DNA of 32,000 nt from Imperialibacter roseus (GCF_032999765.1 NZ_CP136051.1:936417-968416); one strand, 5' to 3'. Shown: positions 9,419 through 18,297, numbered from the stretch's first letter. The notes: generated from the letters alone by a model not told the origin. Translations and numbers: made by a program.

Positions 9419-10453
9419 TCATTGCTTTCGTAAGATTTTAACAATCCTGCTATAAACCACCTCTGATAAATTCCAGTTGTAGCCATCAAAATTGGTTGTA
9501 CTAGTGAATTGAATAACAACTGTGTCAATGTCCTTGTGGTATTTGGCGATGCTCTGATAGCCGACGAGTAGCCCCGTATGTTCATACTCGTAGATGGAGG
9601 AATAGATTTCCTGTTCCCCTTCATTGAACACCGACCCATCGTTCAATGCTCTTATGAATGTGCCAACATCCTCTGCCGCAGCTATCATTAAGCCCGTATC
9701 TTCATATTTAAAGTCTTCATCAATACCTACATAATAGCCACTCATCACATCGGCTATATCCACTTCACTGAGCGAGCCAAAAGTTTTTTTCAGCCCAAGT
9801 GGTATCAAAATCTCCTCCTTTATATACTGCTGATGGCTATAACCCACCACTTTGTCAATGAGGTCAGAAATCAACATGTAATTGGTATTTGAATAGCCAT
9901 AGTCTTCACCCGGTTCAAAGTCAGCTGGTAAATCCAATGCGTACTCAAGTGTTTCCTGTTTGTTTTTTGGAGGGTTTTTCCAATAATCGGGGTGGTCAAC
10001 AAAATTGGGAATACCACTCCGATGCTGTAGCATGAGCCTCAGGGTTATTTTGTCTGAATTTTCAATTCTTCCGGCAAGCGCTGGAAAGTACTCAGCAAGT
10101 GTTTTATCCAGAGACAAACGTCCGTCTTTGACTAATTTCGTGGTAGCCACAGCCACATATAGCTTGGTAATGCTGGCAATCTTGAACAAGGCGTGCGGGT
10201 TGGCAGGTATTTTGGCTTTTCGATCATGCCAGCCTGCAGCGTAAAAGCCAGGTTCCTTACCAGCCTGATCTACATAAACAATGATTCCGTCAAATCCATG
10301 ATCAAGCGCTTCGTCTACTTGTGCCTGAACTGTATCAGGCAGGGGTAGTATCCAGGCCCATACGATAGGCCACGGCACAAAGTACAGTGAGCCTATGCTT
10401 GCCAGAATAAATACTATTCTGAGTACTCGTTTTATATTGTTCATATTTGACAC
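9419..10453 (-). CDS. Serine hydrolase, beta-lactamase/transpeptidase-like (class C related), N-terminally membrane anchored
   Basis: S-x-x-K motif in FKIASITKLYVAV and Y-x-N motif in GYSNTNYMLI. N-terminal hydrophobic anchor VLRIVFILASIGSLYFV. Only a 13-nt gap to the upstream amidohydrolase gene. Confidence 0.88.
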   Translation of the reverse strand: MSNMNNIKRVLRIVFILASIGSLYFVPWPIVWAWILPLPDTVQAQVDEALDHGFDGIIVYVDQAGKEPGFYAAGWHDRKAKIPANPHALFKIASITKLYVAVATTKLVKDGRLSLDKTLAEYFPALAGRIENSDKITLRLMLQHRSGIPNFVDHPDYWKNPPKNKQETLEYALDLPADFEPGEDYGYSNTNYMLISDLIDKVVGYSHQQYIKEEILIPLGLKKTFGSLSEVDIADVMSGYYVGIDEDFKYEDTGLMIAAAEDVGTFIRALNDGSVFNEGEQEIYSSIYEYEHTGLLVGYQSIAKYHKDIDTVVIQFTSTTNFDGYNWNLSEVVYSRIVKILRKQ

Positions 10454-10466
10454 TGTAAGAGTTTGT

Positions 10467-11900
10467 TTACTTTTCTACTATTAAATTCTCAGCATACCTT
10501 AGTGCTGAAGCCAGCAGATTGCTTCGATTCCTTGCTTTTTGCTTAAACTCATCAAGCATGTCTTGCTTGATCATCCGTCCCCGTACCATCACCATTTGGG
10601 GGTTCCTAAGCACTTCCAGGCGATCCAGAGGATTGTCTTTTGTCAGAATGAAATTGGCTAGCTTTCCAATTTCAATACTTCCCTGGTTACTTAAGAAATC
10701 ATGGGTTTCTGAGGGATTAATTGTGGCCGTTTGAAGCGCCTGATAGTTACTCATGCCCGCTTGTGTGTAGAAATTCAGTTCCTCGTGCAGGGAATAACCC
10801 GGCGGTGTTACACCAATGCCAGCATCCGTGCCGGCAACGATCTTCACCTGTCGTTCATGCAATTTCTTGATAGCAAGCAAATGGAAATCGTGTTGGTCTT
10901 TGATCCTGCTCACTATGGTTGAATCACTGCTCTTTGTGCCTGCCCAGCGATCAAACTGTGCCTGGCTGTCTACGGCACGAATGAGTGGGTTCATGTTTTT
11001 CAGTGCTTCGGACTGTAGGATATTCTCCTCCGTCAGCAGTCTGTAAATATTATGATAGACCACCAGTGTGGGGCAGAGTTTGGTATTTGGGTGGGCGGCA
11101 AACAAATCGACAACAGTGTCCAGTTGAGTAGTGTCCAAACGGTAGTTCAGCGGTAGCTGCACAATGTCTTCTGCATGCTCTATCGTCACAATTTCTGGTT
11201 TGAAATGGTAGCTGTAGGGTACCTTTGGCGTTGGATGAGTAACAATGTCGAATTTTAATTCCCCAGACTTTTCTATCACCGCATCGAACAGTTCACCTGT
11301 CAGGCCATAATAGGTCTTGATGAAATCATACCCTCGTTCTTTGTATTCGGCAACCTTTGAATAGGCCTCTTCGGCAGTGAACAACTGAAGATTATCATCG
11401 CCCATATACTGGGGGCCCGTGAGTTTGGGGCCGGAAGTGAAAAACAAAGGCCCAATGACCTCTTCGTTACTTATGGCTTTTTTCATACGCAGGTGCATCG
11501 GTTGCCCCCACAGATTTCTTACAGTAGTGACACCATTTGCCAAATAAAGACCAAGCTCATACTCGTCCCACACATGAACATGCATGTCGACCAGACCCGG
11601 CGTAAGGTACCCTCCTCCGGCATCAAACACTTTTGCTGTTGAGTCGGTTATTGCATCTGCTATCCTGGCAATCACTCCATCCTGAATAAGCACCATTTGA
11701 TTCAGAAGCACTGTGTCGGCGGTCATTGGCACAATATTGACGTTTGAGATCAGGTAAGTGTTGGATTCAAGTGCTGGATTGCCTGTGACTTCCAGGTAGG
11801 CGGTCCCCCTTTTATCAATAATCAAAGCTCCGGCTGCGACCAAAACCATCATCAAAATCAGAACGCCAACGGCCAGAGCAGTTATTTTCAAAATTTTCAT
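10467..11900 (-). CDS. Amidohydrolase family metallo-hydrolase, N-terminally membrane anchored
   Basis: H-x-H metal site in GLVDMHVHVW and a late AGTDAG motif with the catalytic-type Asp. N-terminal TM LAVGVLILMMVLVAAGALII. 477 aa. Confidence 0.88.
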   Translation of the reverse strand: MKILKITALAVGVLILMMVLVAAGALIIDKRGTAYLEVTGNPALESNTYLISNVNIVPMTADTVLLNQMVLIQDGVIARIADAITDSTAKVFDAGGGYLTPGLVDMHVHVWDEYELGLYLANGVTTVRNLWGQPMHLRMKKAISNEEVIGPLFFTSGPKLTGPQYMGDDNLQLFTAEEAYSKVAEYKERGYDFIKTYYGLTGELFDAVIEKSGELKFDIVTHPTPKVPYSYHFKPEIVTIEHAEDIVQLPLNYRLDTTQLDTVVDLFAAHPNTKLCPTLVVYHNIYRLLTEENILQSEALKNMNPLIRAVDSQAQFDRWAGTKSSDSTIVSRIKDQHDFHLLAIKKLHERQVKIVAGTDAGIGVTPPGYSLHEELNFYTQAGMSNYQALQTATINPSETHDFLSNQGSIEIGKLANFILTKDNPLDRLEVLRNPQMVMVRGRMIKQDMLDEFKQKARNRSNLLASALRYAENLIVEK

Positions 11901-12042
11901 GCTATCTACGTTTCAGTTTGTCAAAAAACATTTATCTCCTTTAAAACCAGTTAAAATACAAATCTCATCCCGGCCATGCTCTTAAAAGCGGTTTTTTTCG
12001 CCATTTTAACCGGTGTAGTCGATTGCGTACGTTTTTTGGATA

Positions 12043-13227
12043 CTAATTCCCTATCCTGATAATTTTACCATTGGATTTTCGCAGGTCGCTTCTCTCAATC
12101 AGTGCGATGATGTCTCCGCCAGGAAGTTGTTTGACTGTCCTGACTCTTCCTTTTATCGACAAGCCAAAAGTTTCGCCCGTTTTGTGGTTGTATTTCATCA
12201 GCCTTCTAAAGGCCAGCGAACCAAAAATAAAATAGTCGTTCCAGTCCGAAATATTGCTTTCGCTCACCTTTAACAAACAGGCAGGCGCAACAGCCTGTCC
12301 ACCGTCTCGGGTTGGCACCGTCCAGTAGTGCGCTGGGAAAACAGTAAACTTGGCAGCTGAATCTTCGGAAATAGTAGATACCCACGCACCGTCGTAGTTG
12401 ATGCCGTAAGTGAAAAGCGGCCAACCGTAGTTCTTTCCTTTCTCTATTATGTTGAACTCATCCCCGCCTTTGGGACCGTGTTCAATCCCAAAAAGGGTGT
12501 GGGTGGATGCTTCAAAAAACAAACCCTGCACGTCCCGGTGCCCATAGCTCCAAATGGTGGTAGGGGAAGCATACCCATCGAAGACGGGATTATCTGCAGG
12601 GACACTTCCATTATCCATTAACCGGTGAATCTTTCCTGCGTCATGGTTGAGGTCTTGTGCATGCAACACTGGATACTCACTAGTTGAGAAGTCGGAATTG
12701 CCGATGTTGAGAAAAAAGTGAGTTTCGTCTTCCCACACTATCCGCATGCCGTTGCCGGTGTAGTTTTGGTGCCGGGTGGTGAAAATAGTTTCCAACTGAG
12801 AGACAGTATTGTCCTGTACTTTAAGCCGGGATACTTTAGCAAAGCCGTCCGATGCCAGATAGGAAATGTATATCCAGGAATTGGTTGAGTAGTCAGGATG
12901 AAGACTTACATCCATTAACCCCCCATGCATAATGGCAGCTAAACCCGGGGTGCCAAATGTAACAACCTCCGGCACTCCGCTTATCTCTGTCAGCGTGCTG
13001 TCTTCAAAGTGGAACATTTTCCCGACCCTGTCTGTAATGAAGTATTCATTTTCACCAACTATAGCTATTCCGTAGGGTATGGTGAAACCGCTTGCAATGG
13101 TTTTAGTAGTAAAGGAATCATCGCTTACCCTATAGGGAGAATCCGGAACCAGCACAAGGTTTTGTTTGCAGCTAACCAGGCAACCAAATGAGAGCGCCAG
13201 CAGCCAGAGAATAGTAATTAATTTCAT
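12043..13227 (-). CDS. PQQ-dependent sugar dehydrogenase (soluble glucose/sorbosone dehydrogenase family), lipoprotein
   Basis: Family motifs GLMDVSLHPDY, SYGHRDVQGL and HGPKGGDEFN...GKNYGWP. N-terminal LLALSFGC lipobox. Confidence 0.88.
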   Translation of the reverse strand: MKLITILWLLALSFGCLVSCKQNLVLVPDSPYRVSDDSFTTKTIASGFTIPYGIAIVGENEYFITDRVGKMFHFEDSTLTEISGVPEVVTFGTPGLAAIMHGGLMDVSLHPDYSTNSWIYISYLASDGFAKVSRLKVQDNTVSQLETIFTTRHQNYTGNGMRIVWEDETHFFLNIGNSDFSTSEYPVLHAQDLNHDAGKIHRLMDNGSVPADNPVFDGYASPTTIWSYGHRDVQGLFFEASTHTLFGIEHGPKGGDEFNIIEKGKNYGWPLFTYGINYDGAWVSTISEDSAAKFTVFPAHYWTVPTRDGGQAVAPACLLKVSESNISDWNDYFIFGSLAFRRLMKYNHKTGETFGLSIKGRVRTVKQLPGGDIIALIERSDLRKSNGKIIRIGN

Positions 13228-13330
13228 AGTCTTATCTGCTTTAATGTTTTTGACTGTACAAAGGTCTGTCAGAAGTGCAGAGGCCAGTTATGAGCTATGC
13301 GGCGAAATCCATCAACTTTAAGGAAAGCCC

Positions 13331-13364
13331 ATAAATTATGATGCGGGGCTATAAACTATGACGC
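13331..13364. repeat. Imperfect 14-nt direct repeat (ATAAAtTATGAtGC / ATAAAcTATGAcGC), 20-nt period
   Basis: Read directly at 13331-13344 and 13351-13364, in the promoter region of the PQQ dehydrogenase gene. A weaker third copy lies near 13287-13303. Confidence 0.5.
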
Positions 13365-13394
13365 AAACTGCATAGGATAGCCCTGGCCAGGCAG

Positions 13395-14066
13395 TCACCT
13401 TCTAGGCTTTCCGCCTTTCCACACCAACCACACAGCCAGTGCCAGCTCGGCAACAGCCATGGGTGCGCCCAGGATTATTTCGGCCATGGCAATTGCATCA
13501 TAAGCTTGAGGGGCAATGGCCTTGGCTCCATGGATGGCCATATAGCTAAGCCCGGCAACATACAACGACCAGCCCATCCACTTTGGAACGGTGCTGGATT
13601 TTAGGGAAAGGTACCCCAGCCCTAAAAGGTGAACACCAAACAGGATGAGGCCAAGCGACCAGTATTTTTCAAAGCCAGCCACCAGGTTCATCAGAGCTAC
13701 TGCATCCTGATTGGCAGAGAAAAGCATTTGCCACACACCTGCCAAATGGAAGATGGCAAAAGCTAGTATGGCCGAGTAGACAGCCCGTACCACCCCGGTA
13801 GCCAGGGCGATTCTAGCATCAACCTGGGCGAAAAACCGGTAAAGACTCCATGCCACCAGCAGGTCGGTGATGAGGATGATCATCCATCCGATGACGCCAC
13901 TACCGAACAGGCCAGTTGCGCTGTTGAGATTGGTGAGTGTAGCTGCTGGATTACCAACTACTATGAGCTTGCTCTGCACATAGCCATAAGCATAACCGGC
14001 TGCCAGGGCCATGATGATGAGTGAAACACCGGCGACGATGGCGTCTTTTCTATTTGAGTTTTCCAT
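13395..14066 (-). CDS. DUF4386-like integral membrane protein
   Basis: 223 aa with about 6 TM helices. The LIVVGNPAATLTNLNSATGLF...ITDLLVAWSLYRFF pattern matches my recollection of DUF4386 (unverified). Likely co-transcribed with the upstream oxidoreductase. Confidence 0.6.
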   Translation of the reverse strand: MENSNRKDAIVAGVSLIIMALAAGYAYGYVQSKLIVVGNPAATLTNLNSATGLFGSGVIGWMIILITDLLVAWSLYRFFAQVDARIALATGVVRAVYSAILAFAIFHLAGVWQMLFSANQDAVALMNLVAGFEKYWSLGLILFGVHLLGLGYLSLKSSTVPKWMGWSLYVAGLSYMAIHGAKAIAPQAYDAIAMAEIILGAPMAVAELALAVWLVWKGGKPRR

Positions 14067-14108
14067 GATTGAGAGGTATTTAAGAATTGACCAGATTGAT
14101 TCGTTTCC

Positions 14109-15101
14109 TTAGGCTGCCACTACTATGACCACATTGCCTTTTTTGTGCCCACTGGCGATGTAATGATGCGCTTCAGCAACCCTTTCGAGTGTGTATTGTC
14201 TGTCTATGACTGTTTTCAGTTTACCATTTTTATGAAGGTCGACTACTTCCAGTAGCAGCGATTTCAGCGTGTCGTCTGCATTGGCACCTGTGGCTTCAAA
14301 CTTTGCTTTCTTTTTCCCAAAGAGCGAGGAGGTAATCATTTGCATGAGCAGCGAAAACCGGAGCACTGGCGACAGGTACATGCCTGGTTCAGCCAGTGCC
14401 TGTTTGGCTTTGGTAAATGGAGTCTTTCCGACTGTGTCAAAAATGACGTCATACTGAGCAGTCAACCGGGTGAAATCCTGTTTTTGATAGTCGATGACCT
14501 CATCGGCACCCAGCGATTTTACCAACCCTGTGTTTTTGCTGCTGCACACTCCCGTCACGTGAGCCCCCAGGTATTTGGCAATTTGTATGGCTGATGTGCC
14601 CAGGCTGCCGGCAGCTCCGTTGACCAACACCCGCTGACCAGGCTGTACCTGTGCTATCCGCTTAAGAAAATTGTAGGAGGTTAAATGACCGTCGCAATAG
14701 CTGGCGGCCTCAGCGAAGGGCAGGGAGGCTGGTTTGGGGAGAACTACTCCATTGGCGGGAACCACTACGTACTCGGCATTAGTGCTGAAGCCAAGGGTTG
14801 TTTCACCGAACACTTCGTCGCCCACAGCGAACTGGGTAACCTCACTGCCGACGGCTTCAACCACTCCGGCAAACCCGGTGCCTGGTATGGGATGCTTCGG
14901 TTTTGTCAGGCCGACGAATAACCTGGCGATATAAGGTTTGCCAGTGAGCATCATGGTATCTGCTGTAGTGGCGGCAGAGGCTATTACCTTGATCAGTACA
15001 TCCTTCGGGCCAGGTGCCGGCTTTTCTACAGAGATGAATTTTAACACTTCCGGTGTCCCGTATCCGCTGGCGACGATAGCTTTCATTTGATTTGCGTTCA
15101 T
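14109..15101 (-). CDS. NAD(P)H-dependent oxidoreductase, MDR superfamily (quinone oxidoreductase/zinc-type alcohol dehydrogenase-like)
   Basis: GroES-like N-terminal domain (GDEVFG) and a Rossmann motif in VLVNGAAGSLGTSAIQIAK. 330 aa. Confidence 0.9.
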   Translation of the reverse strand: MNANQMKAIVASGYGTPEVLKFISVEKPAPGPKDVLIKVIASAATTADTMMLTGKPYIARLFVGLTKPKHPIPGTGFAGVVEAVGSEVTQFAVGDEVFGETTLGFSTNAEYVVVPANGVVLPKPASLPFAEAASYCDGHLTSYNFLKRIAQVQPGQRVLVNGAAGSLGTSAIQIAKYLGAHVTGVCSSKNTGLVKSLGADEVIDYQKQDFTRLTAQYDVIFDTVGKTPFTKAKQALAEPGMYLSPVLRFSLLMQMITSSLFGKKKAKFEATGANADDTLKSLLLEVVDLHKNGKLKTVIDRQYTLERVAEAHHYIASGHKKGNVVIVVAA

Positions 15102-15205
15102 GCTTTTGAGTTTTTAATGATGAAGCAAAGAAAAAGCAAACCGCAAGGGCAAGTGTTCCGAATCAATGGCGATAGGTTCGGAATTATAAAACGGAACTTA
15201 TTTGG

Positions 15206-16966
15206 CTATGAATGGTGCTTCAGGAAGGCGCTCGGAGTCATTCCTTCTGCTTTTTTGAAGTAGGTATTGAAGACCGTTTTGGAATTAAATCCACTTTCGA
15301 AGGCCAGCCCAACCAGTGAAATATGTGAGTTGGCCGGATCTACCACCAGCTTTTTGAAATGCCCGATCCGATAGTCGTTGATGAATTCGTTGAAGTTTTT
15401 GCAGATTTTCTCATTGAGCAGCCACGATAGCTGATTGGGATGCATCTCGATTTGCTCGGCCAGCGACCTCAGGCTGAGTGAGGGATTCAGATAAGGCAAC
15501 TCATCATTGACGAATGCCATCAGCTTTTCCTCATAAGCGGCGGCCGTGGCCTCATCCAATTGCGATGTATTGGTCTTTGGGGTTGGCTCCTTATGTGTCA
15601 AGTCCGGATAAATCCGATCGGCATACCGCCGGAATCGCTCGTCCTCTCGGAGATTCTTCGCTAACGGATCATAATAATTGAGGAGCAATATGGACGACTG
15701 ATGTGTGAATAACTTTTCGACGATGGCAAAGGCCTCATCTGCTTTGGACTGGCGTGCATAGATCCAGAAAGCATAGGCATCTGCCTGAAAAGAGTCGTTT
15801 TCGTTGGATCTGACCATCACCTGATTGACATAAGGTTCAGCATTTTTGCTATCCCCCTTCATTAGGTACGCCAATGCGTTGATGCCTGCTCTTTCGTCGG
15901 GTATCATGATTTCATCCGGCATGTTAGCAGTTTCTTCAATCACCTGATCCATCCGCCCCAGATGAAACAAGCAGTAGCAATGAACGATGTATGCCGGGAG
16001 GTTTTTGGGGTTTGTTTTCAGCAACTGTTGGCAGATGGCTGCCGCTTTCTCAAAATCCTCCGTTCGGTAAAAGTAGTAGGCCTGATAGAACAGGGTTTCA
16101 TGGTTAAGCGGGTCGACGGAGCGCACATATTGCAGGTGCTCATTCGCTTTTGTTGTGTCGTTTTTAAGCAGGTACAGGAAAGCCATGAACTGCTGTCCCT
16201 CAGGGTAGGTGGGCCTCGACTCGATGCTTTTCAGGGTGTATTTGAAAGCTTTATTGTAATCGGCTTCCGTAAAAAAGGCATGATTGGCAAGCTGATAGTT
16301 GAGTGGGGCGTGGTTCGGATTAATTTGCTCCACAACCTTCATATGCTCGAAAGCCTTCTTCCAGGAGGCCTCCCTCGGAGCAAAGCCCGCCGTGGCCAGA
16401 AATCCATAGGCATCCGACAATCCCATATGAGCGTCCAGCAAATCAGGATCCTGCTCAATTGCTTGTTCAAAGAGACTGATGGCTTTGTTTACATCCTCCG
16501 GGTTCCAGCGATTAAACAAGAATTTACCTTTGAGCAGAAGCTCATAGGCATTGAGATTTTGAGTGGGAGACTTTGCCAGGTGATCCCCGATCTCCATGTG
16601 CCCAAACTGTTCCCTGAGCTTGTCGGCAATGTGGAGACTGACCTCATCCTGTATTTCAAATATGTTTTCGAGCTTTCTGTCCCAGGTCTGTGACCAGAAA
16701 TGTGAATCCGTCGCTACTTCGATCAGCTGCGCTGTGATCCTCAGCATATTGCCACCCACACGCACACTTCCTTCCAGTATTGCCGATACGTTCAGCTTTT
16801 CGCCTATCTCCCGGATAGATGCTTTGTGATGCTTAAAATAGAAGCTGGAAGTGCGGGAAGTAACCTTCAGCTCTGTGACCCTGGCCAGTGCATTAATGAT
16901 CTCTTCGGTGATGCCATCGCAGAAGTATTCGTTCTCGCCATCGGCACTCATGTTAACGAAGGGCAA
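15206..16966 (-). CDS. AraC-family transcriptional regulator with an N-terminal TolB-like/adenylate-cyclase-associated domain and central TPR repeats
   Basis: C-terminal HTH_18-type region (LRSLAEQIEMHPNQLSWLLNEK...GFNSKTVFNTYFKKAEGMTPSAF). N-terminal (SIAV)LPFVNMSADGENEYFCDGITEEIINAL motif. The start codon is uncertain: the track start is a TTG and there is no upstream ATG or GTG before the in-frame TAA at 17023-17021. Confidence 0.85.
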   Translation of the reverse strand: MPFVNMSADGENEYFCDGITEEIINALARVTELKVTSRTSSFYFKHHKASIREIGEKLNVSAILEGSVRVGGNMLRITAQLIEVATDSHFWSQTWDRKLENIFEIQDEVSLHIADKLREQFGHMEIGDHLAKSPTQNLNAYELLLKGKFLFNRWNPEDVNKAISLFEQAIEQDPDLLDAHMGLSDAYGFLATAGFAPREASWKKAFEHMKVVEQINPNHAPLNYQLANHAFFTEADYNKAFKYTLKSIESRPTYPEGQQFMAFLYLLKNDTTKANEHLQYVRSVDPLNHETLFYQAYYFYRTEDFEKAAAICQQLLKTNPKNLPAYIVHCYCLFHLGRMDQVIEETANMPDEIMIPDERAGINALAYLMKGDSKNAEPYVNQVMVRSNENDSFQADAYAFWIYARQSKADEAFAIVEKLFTHQSSILLLNYYDPLAKNLREDERFRRYADRIYPDLTHKEPTPKTNTSQLDEATAAAYEEKLMAFVNDELPYLNPSLSLRSLAEQIEMHPNQLSWLLNEKICKNFNEFINDYRIGHFKKLVVDPANSHISLVGLAFESGFNSKTVFNTYFKKAEGMTPSAFLKHHS

Positions 16967-17261
16967 AACCGCAATGGAGGTCTTTATGTGCGTGGGAGTA
17001 CTAAGAATGACGGATGCTTTTTAAAATAGTTCAGTTCGAAAATAGCTCGATTTTTTTAGTTTCCCATGGTGAAATATCTGATCCAAAGATAATGGGAGAA
17101 GGGTTGATGGTTTTGGGTTGGGATTTGGTGCAACCAGCTATGATCAGGGAGGATTAGAAAGCAGTGACCTTTCCTCTACTACATAGCCACGCCTTGATTT
17201 AAATTTAAAATTTGCGGCGGACTTTCCAATCCCCACGATCGTAGCTGACCTGATGAAACCC

Positions 17262-17284
17262 CATTCATTCATTCATTCATTCAT
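17262..17284. repeat. Tetranucleotide microsatellite (CATT)5 plus CAT
   Basis: Read directly: CATTCATTCATTCATTCATTCAT. It is intergenic, between the AraC-type regulator start and the end of the 233-aa ORF. Confidence 0.95.
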
Positions 17285-17378
17285 AGTATCCATGTAATAA
17301 TCGTCAACTAGCTTTAGGCTAAACAGACGATATTATGGAACCCAAATTAGCTTTTGTTGGCATTTCGTCATTTTTCTC

Positions 17379-18080
17379 TTACTGGGCTAAGTATTTGTCT
17401 AAATAGAATTGTAGTGTTTCATCTCCGCCATATCGTCTTAATGAATTCAACCTTGTTTCATCCTTAGATAGACCTGTACTTTCATAGTCATAGGGAATGT
17501 CAGTATAGCCTCTCGGAAATCCGACCATTTCTTCTATATCTTCGACAGTCCAATTAAGAGCGGTAATCCCTCGTTCGGTGAACAGTACTCTTGGGTCAAT
17601 ATAAACATCAAAATCTCGATAACACTCACCAACGACAGAAAGTACTTCAGTCAAGCATTGTTTGGAAAGTTCAATTACGTGCCCACTTGGCACTTTTTTG
17701 ATCTCTGAATTTGTTGGTACGTAAAACTGATCAGATTCATAAAATACGCCCTCAAAAAAACTTCGTTCCTTCATTATTGGAATAAGTCCTGTTTTTTGAG
17801 CGTGATTCCTGAATTCGACAAAAGATTTAGCAAGCTCACTTTTCCTTAGTTTTTCTTGTCTGGATGTATACCAAGGCTCAAATCCTGGGTACTTTTTCAT
17901 GACAAATTGTAGCGTGAAAGTTATGCTACGAAGTGCGCTTACAAAAGCGCTGAATAGATAATTGTATTCAGGTTCCCAAGAATGGGTCTCATTTAATTTT
18001 GTTAAAAAATAATCTGCTTCCCCGACCTTGTGTGAAACAATATGAATTCCTGCATTTGGAAATGTAAATTTTTCAGCCAT
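17379..18080 (-). CDS. Hypothetical protein, 233 aa, no family recognised
   Basis: Clean ATG-started ORF in a low-GC stretch. Helical N-terminal half (EADYFLTKL, YLFSAFVSALRSITFTLQFVM, LRKSELAKSFVEFRNHAQK) and an acidic/aromatic C-terminal half. No signal peptide or TM segment. Confidence 0.75.
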   Translation of the reverse strand: MAEKFTFPNAGIHIVSHKVGEADYFLTKLNETHSWEPEYNYLFSAFVSALRSITFTLQFVMKKYPGFEPWYTSRQEKLRKSELAKSFVEFRNHAQKTGLIPIMKERSFFEGVFYESDQFYVPTNSEIKKVPSGHVIELSKQCLTEVLSVVGECYRDFDVYIDPRVLFTERGITALNWTVEDIEEMVGFPRGYTDIPYDYESTGLSKDETRLNSLRRYGGDETLQFYLDKYLAQ

Positions 18081-18087
18081 TCTTCAA

Positions 18088-18297
18088 TTAGGTTAGCGCA
18101 CCCGTAGCTGCAACGGATGCCCCTATAGCCCAAACTGTTTCAATCATAGATTTCAATCCTGTTGTGCATTTATTGTTCTCATTTACATGTTCCATATAAG
18201 TCTCCTTTCTTTTATTTGTTTTGTGATTCATGAAGAATCGAATTATTGTTAAACTAATTACTAAAAAGGCTACTGGAACAAAACCGTTGCAGTACAT
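18088..18297 (-). CDS. Small membrane peptide, 69 aa, hypothetical
   Basis: N-terminal TM (GFVPVAFLVISLTIIRFF), a basic linker (HKTNKRKE) and a C-terminal small-residue-rich hydrophobic tail (TVWAIGASVAATGALT). Its stop lies 7 nt before the start of the 233-aa ORF. It is short, so coding status is uncertain. Confidence 0.5.
   Translation of the reverse strand: MYCNGFVPVAFLVISLTIIRFFMNHKTNKRKETYMEHVNENNKCTTGLKSMIETVWAIGASVAATGALT

Noticed and set aside
15161-15189. 7-bp inverted repeat TTCCGAA-N15-TTCGGAA between the AraC-type gene and the oxidoreductase
   Set aside because: It is short and not followed by a T-run. It is a plausible operator, but the evidence is too weak to list as a feature.
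15962-16693. 243-aa + strand ORF inside the AraC/TPR regulator gene
   Set aside because: It is antisense to a gene with clear TPR and HTH motifs and has no recognisable features of its own.
17806-17814. R91-N92-H93 in the 233-aa protein as a possible HEPN RNase motif
   Set aside because: The HEPN signature is R-x(4-6)-H. Here His follows Arg by two residues, with no His at +5 to +7. Only the helical layout is suggestive, so no HEPN call is made.
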